64,000 bases of DNA from Oscillospiraceae bacterium (GCA_045649685.1 JAZRQJ010000007.1:52658-116657); one strand, 5' to 3'; counted from the stretch's first letter, positions 51,039 to 59,105 are shown. The notes: generated from the letters alone by a model not told the origin. Made by a program: numbers and translations.

Positions 51039-53219
51039 GTGAGAAAATTAAAACAATCATCAGCGTTGTTGTTAATAGTTAGTTTGCTGTTGTCTATATT
51101 TTCTTTATCAGCGTCTGCTTTGGAAGGAACAGCTAGAATAAATTTTCATCCTAGATTATTGAAGGCGGATCAAGCAGCGCAAGTTAGGTTTAATTATGAT
51201 GGTACATTACAACAAGGTGTGCCCGGGGAAGAAACTAAGGAAATTAGATATAAATTGTATAGAATTGCTGATGCGAATACTTCGAGAAATGATGTTGAGC
51301 ATGACAATAATGTTATTGGTAATGGGCCAAATGGAATTGATATTGATGGAAAAACAATACAGTATTACGGTGATCCAATTGTAAAAGAATTACACCAAAG
51401 TGAAGGATATATTGATTTACCAGCGAATAGATATGGATTGTATTATGTTGTAGTTGAAGATATGTTAGGTGAAGGTAGGAAAGGTGAACCCGTTATTATT
51501 TCAGTTCCTTCAACTAAAGAAAATGGTGAAATCAACGATAATGTACATATATATTCAAAGATTATTGCTAAAGAACATAAGGTAACTGTTAGAAAATTGG
51601 TTAATGGTTTAGAATTGGATAACCCAAACCAAGGTCCTCATATTAGACATGGTAATTATGTTATGAAATTTCGCCTTATGAAAAAGATAAATGGTCAATG
51701 GAAAGATGTTGGTGCCAATGGTCAAGTGCAAAACAATAGAGAAATTTTTTCTACAGAGGGTAGAAATGGTAATTATGGAATGCGTGGTATAGATGGCCTT
51801 ACTAATGGTGAATATAAAATTGTTGAAACGGAATTTTTGGTTTCAGAGCATGATGGAAATATACAAAATGTACTAAATCAATTAGGTAAGGGTAATTTAT
51901 ACGACGTATTTAAGTTGAATGATAAGGCTCAAGGTAGAGATGGTTTGATCGACCAAAATGCAAATATGACAGAACAGTTGGTAGAAAAAACATTTGAACT
52001 TACTGGGCAGGATAATGACGTAGTTGTTGATGTAGATAATACAATGCGACCTCAAATTACCAAGTTTATTATGGATGGTAATGATAAATATGTTGTTAAG
52101 GGAGTAAATCCAGGTGAGGATATTAACTATAGATTAGAGGTAGGCAAACCTTATGTATTTGGACAAAATAATCAAGATGTTAATAGGCAAGCTTTTGGAC
52201 AATTATTAAATAATAAATATAATATGTTTAGAGTTCTGGATAACGAATTAGTTCTTAACCATTTGATAACTAGAGATGCAAATGAGAATGATCTAAATGT
52301 TTATTTTGTAGATGATAATGGAAGACATCTACTGCAGAGTGGAGCAGATTTTAATGTTGTGTTTGCTAATGGTGATGGTAGATCAATACTTATAGATTTT
52401 AAAATAAATAACCAAGGATTTTCAAATGCTGTTATTGATTACCTCTATAATAATCGTGAAAATTATAATGCACATTTTGAAATTGATTTTAAGGTTAAAG
52501 TGAAGGACAATGCCACTTTAGCGGCGGTAGATAATTTTCAAAGAGCTAATAGTGGTGATGATTTAATCAATAATCAAGTGCGTGTACGTGATTTGTTGTC
52601 TATATATAATACTGCTAAGATAATACTTGATGAAAATACTGTTGTTAATTCAAATGCAGTAAAGAGTCAACTTGGGTTTATGAAAGTGCGCAAAACTGAT
52701 GATAACGGAAATCCTTTAAGAAATGCAAAATTTAAACTAATAGATAGTGCAGGGGTAGAAATTGGTGAAGAAACATCTAATGAAAATGGTTGGCTGTATT
52801 TTGCAGTTCCTGTTGGAGAAGATGTGAGATTTGTGCCAAAAAATGATTATTTACATCATAGAGGTATAGGTATTCCACTTGAGAACAACCAAGGTGAGAT
52901 GCTCAGATTTAGTCGCAATATGGCAATGGATGAATTTCTTTTAAATGAGGTTTACTTTAGTAATGGTAGACTAGCTGTAAATGCACGTCAATATCAGTTA
53001 AGAGAAACTCAAGCACCAGATGGTTATGAAATAATTAAGCAACCTTTAAATATATCAATGGATGCATTAATTAAAGAACTTAATGTTACCAACCATCCTA
53101 GAGTAGAACTACCATTTACTGGTGGAATGGGAACAATTTTGTTCACAGTAGTAGGAATCTTGTTAATTGGTTCAGGTGCATACTTGTTAATCAATGCTAA
53201 ACGTAAAAAATCTTTTTAA
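51039..53219 (+). CDS. LPXTG-anchored fimbrial (pilin) subunit
   Basis: Signal peptide 'LLLSIFSLSASALEG'. Pilin-motif-like 'VHIYSK' (compare SpaA 'VHVYPK'). CnaB-type 'MKVRKTDDNGNPLRNAKFKL'. E-box 'YQLRETQAPDGYEI'. Sorting signal 'LPFTGG' followed by a TM helix and 'KRKK'. GTG start. Confidence 0.82.
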   Translation: MRKLKQSSALLLIVSLLLSIFSLSASALEGTARINFHPRLLKADQAAQVRFNYDGTLQQGVPGEETKEIRYKLYRIADANTSRNDVEHDNNVIGNGPNGIDIDGKTIQYYGDPIVKELHQSEGYIDLPANRYGLYYVVVEDMLGEGRKGEPVIISVPSTKENGEINDNVHIYSKIIAKEHKVTVRKLVNGLELDNPNQGPHIRHGNYVMKFRLMKKINGQWKDVGANGQVQNNREIFSTEGRNGNYGMRGIDGLTNGEYKIVETEFLVSEHDGNIQNVLNQLGKGNLYDVFKLNDKAQGRDGLIDQNANMTEQLVEKTFELTGQDNDVVVDVDNTMRPQITKFIMDGNDKYVVKGVNPGEDINYRLEVGKPYVFGQNNQDVNRQAFGQLLNNKYNMFRVLDNELVLNHLITRDANENDLNVYFVDDNGRHLLQSGADFNVVFANGDGRSILIDFKINNQGFSNAVIDYLYNNRENYNAHFEIDFKVKVKDNATLAAVDNFQRANSGDDLINNQVRVRDLLSIYNTAKIILDENTVVNSNAVKSQLGFMKVRKTDDNGNPLRNAKFKLIDSAGVEIGEETSNENGWLYFAVPVGEDVRFVPKNDYLHHRGIGIPLENNQGEMLRFSRNMAMDEFLLNEVYFSNGRLAVNARQYQLRETQAPDGYEIIKQPLNISMDALIKELNVTNHPRVELPFTGGMGTILFTVVGILLIGSGAYLLINAKRKKSF

Positions 53220-53244
53220 CAGGATTTGAAATATTATTTATAAT

Positions 53245-53280
53245 AAAGGCTGAAATTTAGTTTTCAGTCTTTATTTATGT
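53245..53280 (+). terminator. hairpin with a T-rich tail between the pilin and sortase genes (possible partial terminator)
   Basis: AAAGGCTGAAA-TTTAGT-TTTCAGTCTTT (one G-T pair) followed by ATTTAT. Confidence 0.5.
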
Positions 53281-53340
53281 TATTGCGAAAATATATTTTT
53301 TTTGTTAAAATTAAGTAAAAGTTTATGTGTGGTGATGCTG

Positions 53341-54195
53341 ATGAAAGTGAGCAAATGGCTAATAGTTTTATTGTTAGTTTTAGGTGGCATTGTTTTGTGT
53401 TACCCTTTTATGGGAAGTGTTTATACTCAGATACAACAGACAATTGAAGTTGAATCACATAACGCAAAAGTTAGACAAATAGATGAAGAGCGTAAGCGTG
53501 AAATGCAAAAAGCTATGGAAGAATATAATAAGAAATTGGTAGATGAGGAAGCTTTGCGTGAAGTAGAAGATCCGTTTTCTGAAGATAATGATTCTGGTGC
53601 TGGAAATAAATTGAGTTTTGAAGATTCTATTATAGGAACTATAAAAATTCCCACAATAGATGTTAATTTACCGATATATAAAGACACATCAGAGAAGTTT
53701 TTACTTAAAGGTGTTGGATATTTGAATGGAACATCATTCCCTACTGGAGGAGAGAGTACACATTGTGTTTTAACGGGGCATAGTGCAATTCCTACTGCGA
53801 AGTTATTTACAGATTTGGAAAAATTAAACATAGGTGATGCCTTTTTTATAATGGTTTTAGATGAATTACATGCTTATAGGGTAGATCAAATAAAAGTAGT
53901 TCTTCCTAGCGATACTTCTGTATTAAAGATAGAGCAGGGAAAAGATTATACTTCTTTGATTACATGCACACCATATGGTATTAACACCCACAGATTAATT
54001 GTTAGGGGAATTAGGGATGATTCGTTAATTCGTGATGATATTTTGCAAGACGATAATGATTTTTGGAAGTTTTTGCTAGGTTCGCCATACTTTATTGTAG
54101 CAATAATCCTGATTATACTTGTTTTGATATTAACATTAATTTGGCTTTTTATGCGAAAAAAGAAAAATAAGGATAGGGATAATGATGACAATTAA
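53341..54195 (+). CDS. class C (pilus-assembly) sortase
   Basis: N-terminal TM helix, lid-type 'EDPFSE', 'VLTGHSA', catalytic 'TSLITCTPYGINTHRLIVRG', and a C-terminal TM helix followed by 'RKKKNK'. The start could be anywhere from 53302 to 53341. Confidence 0.85.
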   Translation: MKVSKWLIVLLLVLGGIVLCYPFMGSVYTQIQQTIEVESHNAKVRQIDEERKREMQKAMEEYNKKLVDEEALREVEDPFSEDNDSGAGNKLSFEDSIIGTIKIPTIDVNLPIYKDTSEKFLLKGVGYLNGTSFPTGGESTHCVLTGHSAIPTAKLFTDLEKLNIGDAFFIMVLDELHAYRVDQIKVVLPSDTSVLKIEQGKDYTSLITCTPYGINTHRLIVRGIRDDSLIRDDILQDDNDFWKFLLGSPYFIVAIILIILVLILTLIWLFMRKKKNKDRDNDDN

Positions 54196-54886
54196 AAGAC
54201 GTATTAGTATTGTTCTCGCGGTATGTATTTTTGTAACTGGTTTAGTATTTGTAATTTTTCCAATAGTTAGTAAATGGATTGGAGATTACGAAGATAGTAG
54301 TGTGGTGGATGATTTTGATGATTTGGTAAATGATTCAGGAAGTATGTCCAATATAGACTTAGATAGATTATATCGAGATATAAAAAAATACAATGATGAG
54401 TTGTTTCTTCGTGGTAGAGATTATTTGCCGGATATGTATACTTTCGACAAGCCTCATTTTGATTTAAGATCTTATGGTGCACCAGATGATACGTTTGGAT
54501 ATATTGAGGCGCCAGCTATTTCTTTAAGATTGCCAATATATTTGGGGGCAAGTGTTGAAAATATGAAAAGGGGAGCTGGAAATTTATATCAAACTTCTGT
54601 TCCGATTGGAGATAAAAATACAAACGCGGTTTTGGCTGCTCATACGGGAATGGAAAACAAAACAATGTTTGATAATATAGTGAAGCTTCATAATAATGAT
54701 GATGTTTATGTCACTAATTTTTGGGATAGATTGCATTATAAGGTTGTAAAAACGTATATTGTGTTGCCGAATGCATCTTCGGTTGTTGATATTGAACCAG
54801 ATAAAGATATTGTAACTTTATTAACATGCTATCCTTATAGAAAAAACACGCATAGGTATGTTGTTGTTTGTGAGCGTGTCGATTAA
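54182..54886 (+). CDS. sortase (class C-like, no C-terminal anchor, no DP[FWY] lid seen)
   Basis: N-terminal TM helix, 'VLAAHTGM', and catalytic 'VTLLTCYPYRKNTHRYVV'. Overlaps the upstream sortase gene by 14 nt. Confidence 0.8.
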   Translation: MMTIKRRISIVLAVCIFVTGLVFVIFPIVSKWIGDYEDSSVVDDFDDLVNDSGSMSNIDLDRLYRDIKKYNDELFLRGRDYLPDMYTFDKPHFDLRSYGAPDDTFGYIEAPAISLRLPIYLGASVENMKRGAGNLYQTSVPIGDKNTNAVLAAHTGMENKTMFDNIVKLHNNDDVYVTNFWDRLHYKVVKTYIVLPNASSVVDIEPDKDIVTLLTCYPYRKNTHRYVVVCERVD

Positions 54887-54899
54887 ACTATAATAAAAA

Positions 54900-54950
54900 A
54901 TGTCTTGCATAAAACACACATTCTTTTATGCAAGACATTTTTCTTTTTAT
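54900..54950. terminator. bidirectional terminator between the sortase operon and the convergent GNAT gene
   Basis: 15-bp stem ATGTCTTGCATAAAA / TTTTATGCAAGACAT flanked by AAAAAA and TTTTTC. Confidence 0.85.
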
Positions 54951-54977
54951 GGTTTACAATTAAAAATAGAGTAATAG

Positions 54978-55496
54978 TTATCGAGTTTTAATATACCAAT
55001 TTGTTGTTACAGTGTTTGGTTTTAATTCTGAACATTGTTTTGTTTCTTTTTTTATAAAATTAAATCCATTTTTTCTTATTACACGATTGCTACCTATATT
55101 TCTTTCATCAGCTTCTATAAGAATGCGTGAATATCCATCACAAAATAATTTATCTAAAACTGCCTTTAGTGATTCAGTCATATATCCGTTGTTCCAATAC
55201 GCTTTTCCAAGAACGTAACCAATTACTGGATCATTGTTGATATAGTTAACTACATCTATCATGCCAATTAGGTTATTTGTTTTTTTGAGCTCAATTCCCC
55301 AGCGGTAGCAATTATTGTTTTTATACTGAGAGATCCAGTTACTTACTATATTTTTTGTTGTTTCTATGTTTTTATGAGCATGCCAAGTTAAGTATTTTGT
55401 TACCTCTTTATCGCTTGCCCAACACGAAAAAATTTGATTGCAATCGTTCATTGTTATTTGTCGTAATTTTAAACGTTTTGTATATAGGTTTATCAT
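54978..55496 (-). CDS. GNAT-family N-acetyltransferase (RimJ/RimL-like)
   Basis: 172 aa with 'LRQITMNDCNQIFSCWASDKEVTKYLTW' and 'ADERNIGSNRVIRKNGF'. Confidence 0.75.
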   Translation of the reverse strand: MINLYTKRLKLRQITMNDCNQIFSCWASDKEVTKYLTWHAHKNIETTKNIVSNWISQYKNNNCYRWGIELKKTNNLIGMIDVVNYINNDPVIGYVLGKAYWNNGYMTESLKAVLDKLFCDGYSRILIEADERNIGSNRVIRKNGFNFIKKETKQCSELKPNTVTTNWYIKTR

Positions 55497-55595
55497 TTTA
55501 TTTTCCCCTATAAAGATTATTTTTCTGACATATATTTTATTATTTCATCGTTAGTTAATTTTTTATGATTTTTACTTGTTGTTTTTATTTGTTTT

Positions 55596-56123
55596 TCATT
55601 CTTCTTTTGTAATGCAACTTACGTGACCTGTTCGTTTTTCATTCATTAGTGGAACGTCTACTTCTTTTGTTGTCCATTGGTATTTGAAGCCTATTTTTTC
55701 TTGAACACGCTTTGATTTTTTGTTTCCATCATAATAACCACACCAAACTTTTTTCATAGCTAAATTTTCAAAAGCATATTGTAGTATTTTCTTTGCGGCT
55801 TCTGGCATTAAACCGTGACCCCAAAAAGGTTTTCCTAGCCAGTAACCAAGTTCACATTCATCATCTTGATTTGTCATATCTGTTTGGTCATTTAGTTTGA
55901 GATAAATAGAACCGATAGCTTTATTATCTGATTTCAGACATATTGCATAATTTTCCGCATGGCAAAGCATTGTTCGGATAATGTAGGAACTTTCGTCAAT
56001 ACTTTTGTGGGGTGGCCATCCAGCAATTGGGCCTACATCGGGATTGCTGGCATATTTGTATAAATCTTCCGCATCACTTTCTTGCCATGAACGAAGTATA
56101 AGACGTTTAGTTTTCAATATCAC
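55596..56123 (-). CDS. GNAT-family N-acetyltransferase (RimJ/RimL-like)
   Basis: 175 aa with 'LILRSWQESDAEDLYKYASNPDV' and 'GNKKSKRVQEKIGF'. Confidence 0.75.
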   Translation of the reverse strand: MILKTKRLILRSWQESDAEDLYKYASNPDVGPIAGWPPHKSIDESSYIIRTMLCHAENYAICLKSDNKAIGSIYLKLNDQTDMTNQDDECELGYWLGKPFWGHGLMPEAAKKILQYAFENLAMKKVWCGYYDGNKKSKRVQEKIGFKYQWTTKEVDVPLMNEKRTGHVSCITKEE

Positions 56124-56171
56124 AATATATATTCTCCTTATGATTGTTACTAAATAAATTAATATTTGATT

Positions 56172-56222
56172 AAAAAATAGCGTTATTTCAAACTTTTTAT
56201 TAAAAAGAATAAAATAACGCTA
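56172..56222 (-). terminator. intrinsic terminator after the GGGtGRT gene
   Basis: 11-bp stem TAGCGTTATTT / AAATAACGCTA with a long loop, followed on the minus transcript by TTTTTT. Confidence 0.6.
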
Positions 56223-56255
56223 CAAAATATAATGTTAAAATTTAAAATATTCGTT

Positions 56256-57257
56256 TTATTTGTTATTAGATTCGTAGGCTGCAACGGCACATGCAACTGT
56301 TGCTCCAACCATTGGATTATTTCCCATTCCTATTAATCCCATCATTTCTACGTGAGCTGGAACAGAGGATGATCCTGCAAATTGAGCATCACCATGCATT
56401 CTTCCCATTGAATCAGTAAGACCGTATGAAGCGGGACCAGCAGCCATATTATCTGGATGTAAAGTTCTTCCTGTTCCGCCACCTGATGCAACAGAAAAAT
56501 ATTTGAAATCATTTTCAATACACCATTTTTTATATGTTCCTGCAACTAAATGTTGAAAACGTGTTGGATTTGTGGAGTTACCTGTTATCGAAACATCAAC
56601 AGATTCATGACGAAGAATTGCAACACCTTCTCTAACGTCGTCTGAACCATAGCATTTTACGGCACCACGTTCACCTTCGGAATATTTGGTTTCATTAACT
56701 ATTGTTAATTTATTAGTAGAATAGTCAAATTTTGTTTCTACATAAGTGAAACCGTTAATTCTAGAAATAATAAATGCAGCATCTTTACCAAGTCCGTTTA
56801 ATATAACTCTTAATGGAACTTTGCGGGCTTTATTGGCTGTTTTAGCAATTCCAATAGCACCTTCAGCAGCAGCAAAAGATTCGTGTCCTGCTAAAAAGCA
56901 GAAGCATTTTGTGTTGTCGTCTAGAAGCATTGCTCCTAAATTACCATGACCAAGACCAACGTGTCTTTCTTCAGCAACTGAACCGGGAATACAAAAAGCT
57001 TCTAAACCTATTCCGATTAGCTTTGCAGCTTCTGATGCAGTTTTACAATTTTCTGTTAATGCGATTGCGGTTCCTAAAGTATATGCCCATACAGCATTAT
57101 CAAAAGCAATTGGCTGAACTCCTTTTACTATTTCTTCGCAATTAATTCCTTTAGACAAACATAATTCGTTGGCAGCTTCTAATGAATCAAAGCCATATTT
57201 TTTGAGACATTCCTCAATTTTTGGCATTCTTCTTTCTTTACTTTCAAAATTAGCCAT
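56256..57257 (-). CDS. GGGtGRT-family protein (function unknown)
   Basis: Contains the family-naming string 'SVASGGGTGRTLHPDN' and a Gly-rich C-terminus 'MMGLIGMGNNPMVGATVACAVAA'. It lies 23 nt downstream of the NifU-like gene. Confidence 0.75.
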   Translation of the reverse strand: MANFESKERRMPKIEECLKKYGFDSLEAANELCLSKGINCEEIVKGVQPIAFDNAVWAYTLGTAIALTENCKTASEAAKLIGIGLEAFCIPGSVAEERHVGLGHGNLGAMLLDDNTKCFCFLAGHESFAAAEGAIGIAKTANKARKVPLRVILNGLGKDAAFIISRINGFTYVETKFDYSTNKLTIVNETKYSEGERGAVKCYGSDDVREGVAILRHESVDVSITGNSTNPTRFQHLVAGTYKKWCIENDFKYFSVASGGGTGRTLHPDNMAAGPASYGLTDSMGRMHGDAQFAGSSSVPAHVEMMGLIGMGNNPMVGATVACAVAAYESNNK

Positions 57258-57280
57258 AATTATAAGATCCTCCTTTTTAA

Positions 57281-57970
57281 TTATTGATTGCGCGGATCTA
57301 TATATTTTTCCGCTTCATCGTAACGACCGTATGTTGAGATATTTTGTTCATATGCTTGTTTAGGGTCTATGCCATTTCGAATGTCTTCCAACATTTTTCC
57401 TACACGAACAAATTTATATCCAATTGGCTGATCATCTTTTAATCCTACACTTAATATATATCCTTCAGCCATTTCTAGATATCTAACACCTTTAGCTTTT
57501 GTGCCAAAGATTGTACCTACTTGAGATCTAAGACCTTTTCCGAGATCTTCTAAAGCAGCACCTATTGGTAATCCACCTTCAGAAAAAGCGGTTTGAGTAC
57601 GACCATATACTAACTGTTTAAATATTTCGCGCATTGCTACGTTAATTGCATCGCAAACTAAGTCAGTGTTTAGTGCTTCAAGTATGGTTTTCCCAGGTAA
57701 AATTTCTCCTGCCATAGCTGCGGAATGGGTCATTCCAGAACAACCTATAGTTTCAATTAGTGCTTCTTCAATTATTCCATCTTTGACGTTTAAAGTTAAT
57801 TTACATCCTCCTTGTTGTGGAGCACACCAACCTATGCCGTGAGATAAACCGGATATATCTGAGATTTGATAAGCTTTAACCCATTTTCCTTCTTCTGGGA
57901 TTGGTGCGGGACCGTGATTAGGACCTTTTTTAACAACACACATATTTTCTACTTCATGTGAGTAATTCAT
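57281..57970 (-). CDS. NifU/IscU-N-terminal-like Fe-S scaffold-type protein with a C-terminal extension
   Basis: Cys pattern 'GWCAPQQGGC', 'TIGCSGMTHSAAMA' and 'DLVCDAINVAM' resembles the IscU three-Cys layout. There are about 110 extra C-terminal residues. RBS AAAGGGG. Confidence 0.65.
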   Translation of the reverse strand: MNYSHEVENMCVVKKGPNHGPAPIPEEGKWVKAYQISDISGLSHGIGWCAPQQGGCKLTLNVKDGIIEEALIETIGCSGMTHSAAMAGEILPGKTILEALNTDLVCDAINVAMREIFKQLVYGRTQTAFSEGGLPIGAALEDLGKGLRSQVGTIFGTKAKGVRYLEMAEGYILSVGLKDDQPIGYKFVRVGKMLEDIRNGIDPKQAYEQNISTYGRYDEAEKYIDPRNQ

Positions 57971-58042
57971 ATATAAACCCCTTTCAATATTAGCAATTTG
58001 TATTTTTTGAATTCAAAACAATTTTCAAAACACACACATATA

Positions 58043-58071
58043 AGTATACTTTAAACGAAGAAATTGTGCAA
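58043..58071 (-). promoter_or_regulatory. candidate promoter of the NifU-like/GGGtGRT operon
   Basis: On the minus strand: TTGCAC (58071-58066), a 17-nt spacer, then TATACT (58048-58043). The 5'UTR would be about 65 nt. Confidence 0.5.
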
Positions 58072-58074
58072 CAA

Positions 58075-58109
58075 GCAAAACACACAGCTTGTAATTTTGT
58101 GTGTTTTGC
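58075..58109. other. perfect 12-bp-stem hairpin abutting the candidate -35
   Basis: GCAAAACACACA-(11-nt loop)-TGTGTGTTTTGC, followed by moderately T-rich sequence in both orientations. Confidence 0.6.
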
Positions 58110-58181
58110 TTGTTTATTATTATTACAAATTTTGTTAATGGAATTTGTCGCATGTTTGGAATTACTAGCATAATATAATTT

Positions 58182-58348
58182 TAGCAACGATTTCCGCCGG
58201 ATCGAAAAATATGGTGCACTATATTTTTGTTTAAAATAAAAATATAATGCCATGAATAGCCATATAATAAATTCCGCCTGGCGTTGCTATATATAGCACA
58301 GAATCTGTGTGGAAAGGGTGAGCGATAGCGAGGTCGCTCGCCTTTTTT
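58182..58348 (+). ncRNA. candidate structured small RNA, plus strand, antisense-oriented between minus-strand genes
   Basis: A GC-enriched island in AT-rich spacer. Closing helix TAGCAACG (58182-58189) / CGTTGCTA (58282-58289). Two TTCCGCC motifs (58192, 58272). Hairpins at 58205-58228 and 58297-58309. A strong plus-strand-only intrinsic terminator: 9-bp stem 58317-58325/58334-58342 followed by six T's. The promoter is only weakly defined (TATAAT 58174-58179). Confidence 0.4.
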
Positions 58349-58349
58349 G

Positions 58350-58382
58350 TGAAAAATAAAGCATACAGTATTTGTATGCTTT
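58350..58382 (-). terminator. intrinsic terminator after secreted paralog 1
   Basis: On the minus strand, AAAGCATACA-AATAC-TGTATGCTTT is followed by ATTTTTC. It lies back-to-back with the plus-strand terminator at 58317-58348. Confidence 0.8.
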
Positions 58383-58391
58383 GAAAATATA

Positions 58392-59105
58392 TTATGCAAA
58401 AGTTTTGTTAAATTCATTGGCTATTTGTATGCCTACCTCTTTAAGCTCATGTGGTATGGCATAGTGTAAGTATGCGATAATATGATCCATTCTTTCTTGA
58501 TCATTTTTGTATGTTTTATCTTCGAAAGTTTTATTGAATTCATTTGCTAATTTTATGCCGATATATTTATGATTATATGGAATTATAGCGTGTAAATATG
58601 CAATCATATGATCTATTTTTTCTTCTTTTGATTTGAAATTGAGTTGCCCTGAATTATTTGAAATATTAATTTCGTCTAACCTTTTGTTTAGACTTTTCAT
58701 TATTGATGAAGCACGCATTTCAGCAGTAAATGTATCTTGAGTGTATGGTTTTTCGATAATTTCTAAAAAATTAAACAAATGCTCTAACAGCGAACCTATT
58801 TTTAATGATTTATGATATAGATTAGCATGCATGTTTAATTCATCGGCAGTATTGATATTGTAAACTACCAAATTATCTAATTTTTGATATAAATTTATTA
58901 GGTCTTTAGTTATAGGATGTTTAGTATTTATTTTTAAAATATATTGATTTAATTCTTTTAATTTTGATTCATTAAACAGTTTTACCTGATTAACTATTTG
59001 AGCATTTTCTAAACTTGCACTTTTAGCTGCAGATACCGGACATACTGTTAATGACGAAATTGTAATTATACATAATCCAACAGAAATAATTTGTTTAATA
59101 TTCAT
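58392..59105 (-). CDS. secreted hypothetical protein, paralog 1 (with C-terminal tandem duplication)
   Basis: Signal peptide 'ITISSLTVCPVSA/AKS'. The core is homologous to the two genes upstream of it ('VKLFNESKLKELNQYI', 'DLINLYQKLDNLVV'). The C-terminus carries two 31-aa repeats. Confidence 0.65.
   Translation of the reverse strand: MNIKQIISVGLCIITISSLTVCPVSAAKSASLENAQIVNQVKLFNESKLKELNQYILKINTKHPITKDLINLYQKLDNLVVYNINTADELNMHANLYHKSLKIGSLLEHLFNFLEIIEKPYTQDTFTAEMRASSIMKSLNKRLDEINISNNSGQLNFKSKEEKIDHMIAYLHAIIPYNHKYIGIKLANEFNKTFEDKTYKNDQERMDHIIAYLHYAIPHELKEVGIQIANEFNKTFA

Noticed and set aside
58272-58289. Resemblance of 'CCGCCTGGCG' to the 3' pseudoknot strand of the ZTP (pfl) riboswitch.
   Set aside because: The 5' sub-domain consensus is absent. 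The element is on the strand opposite to all nearby genes, and no purine or folate gene follows it.
57990-58417. The 87-aa and 78-aa minus-strand ORFs in the spacer upstream of the NifU-like gene.
   Set aside because: They have no RBS and run through hairpins and terminators. Their composition is not protein-like. The region is better explained as regulatory or non-coding RNA.
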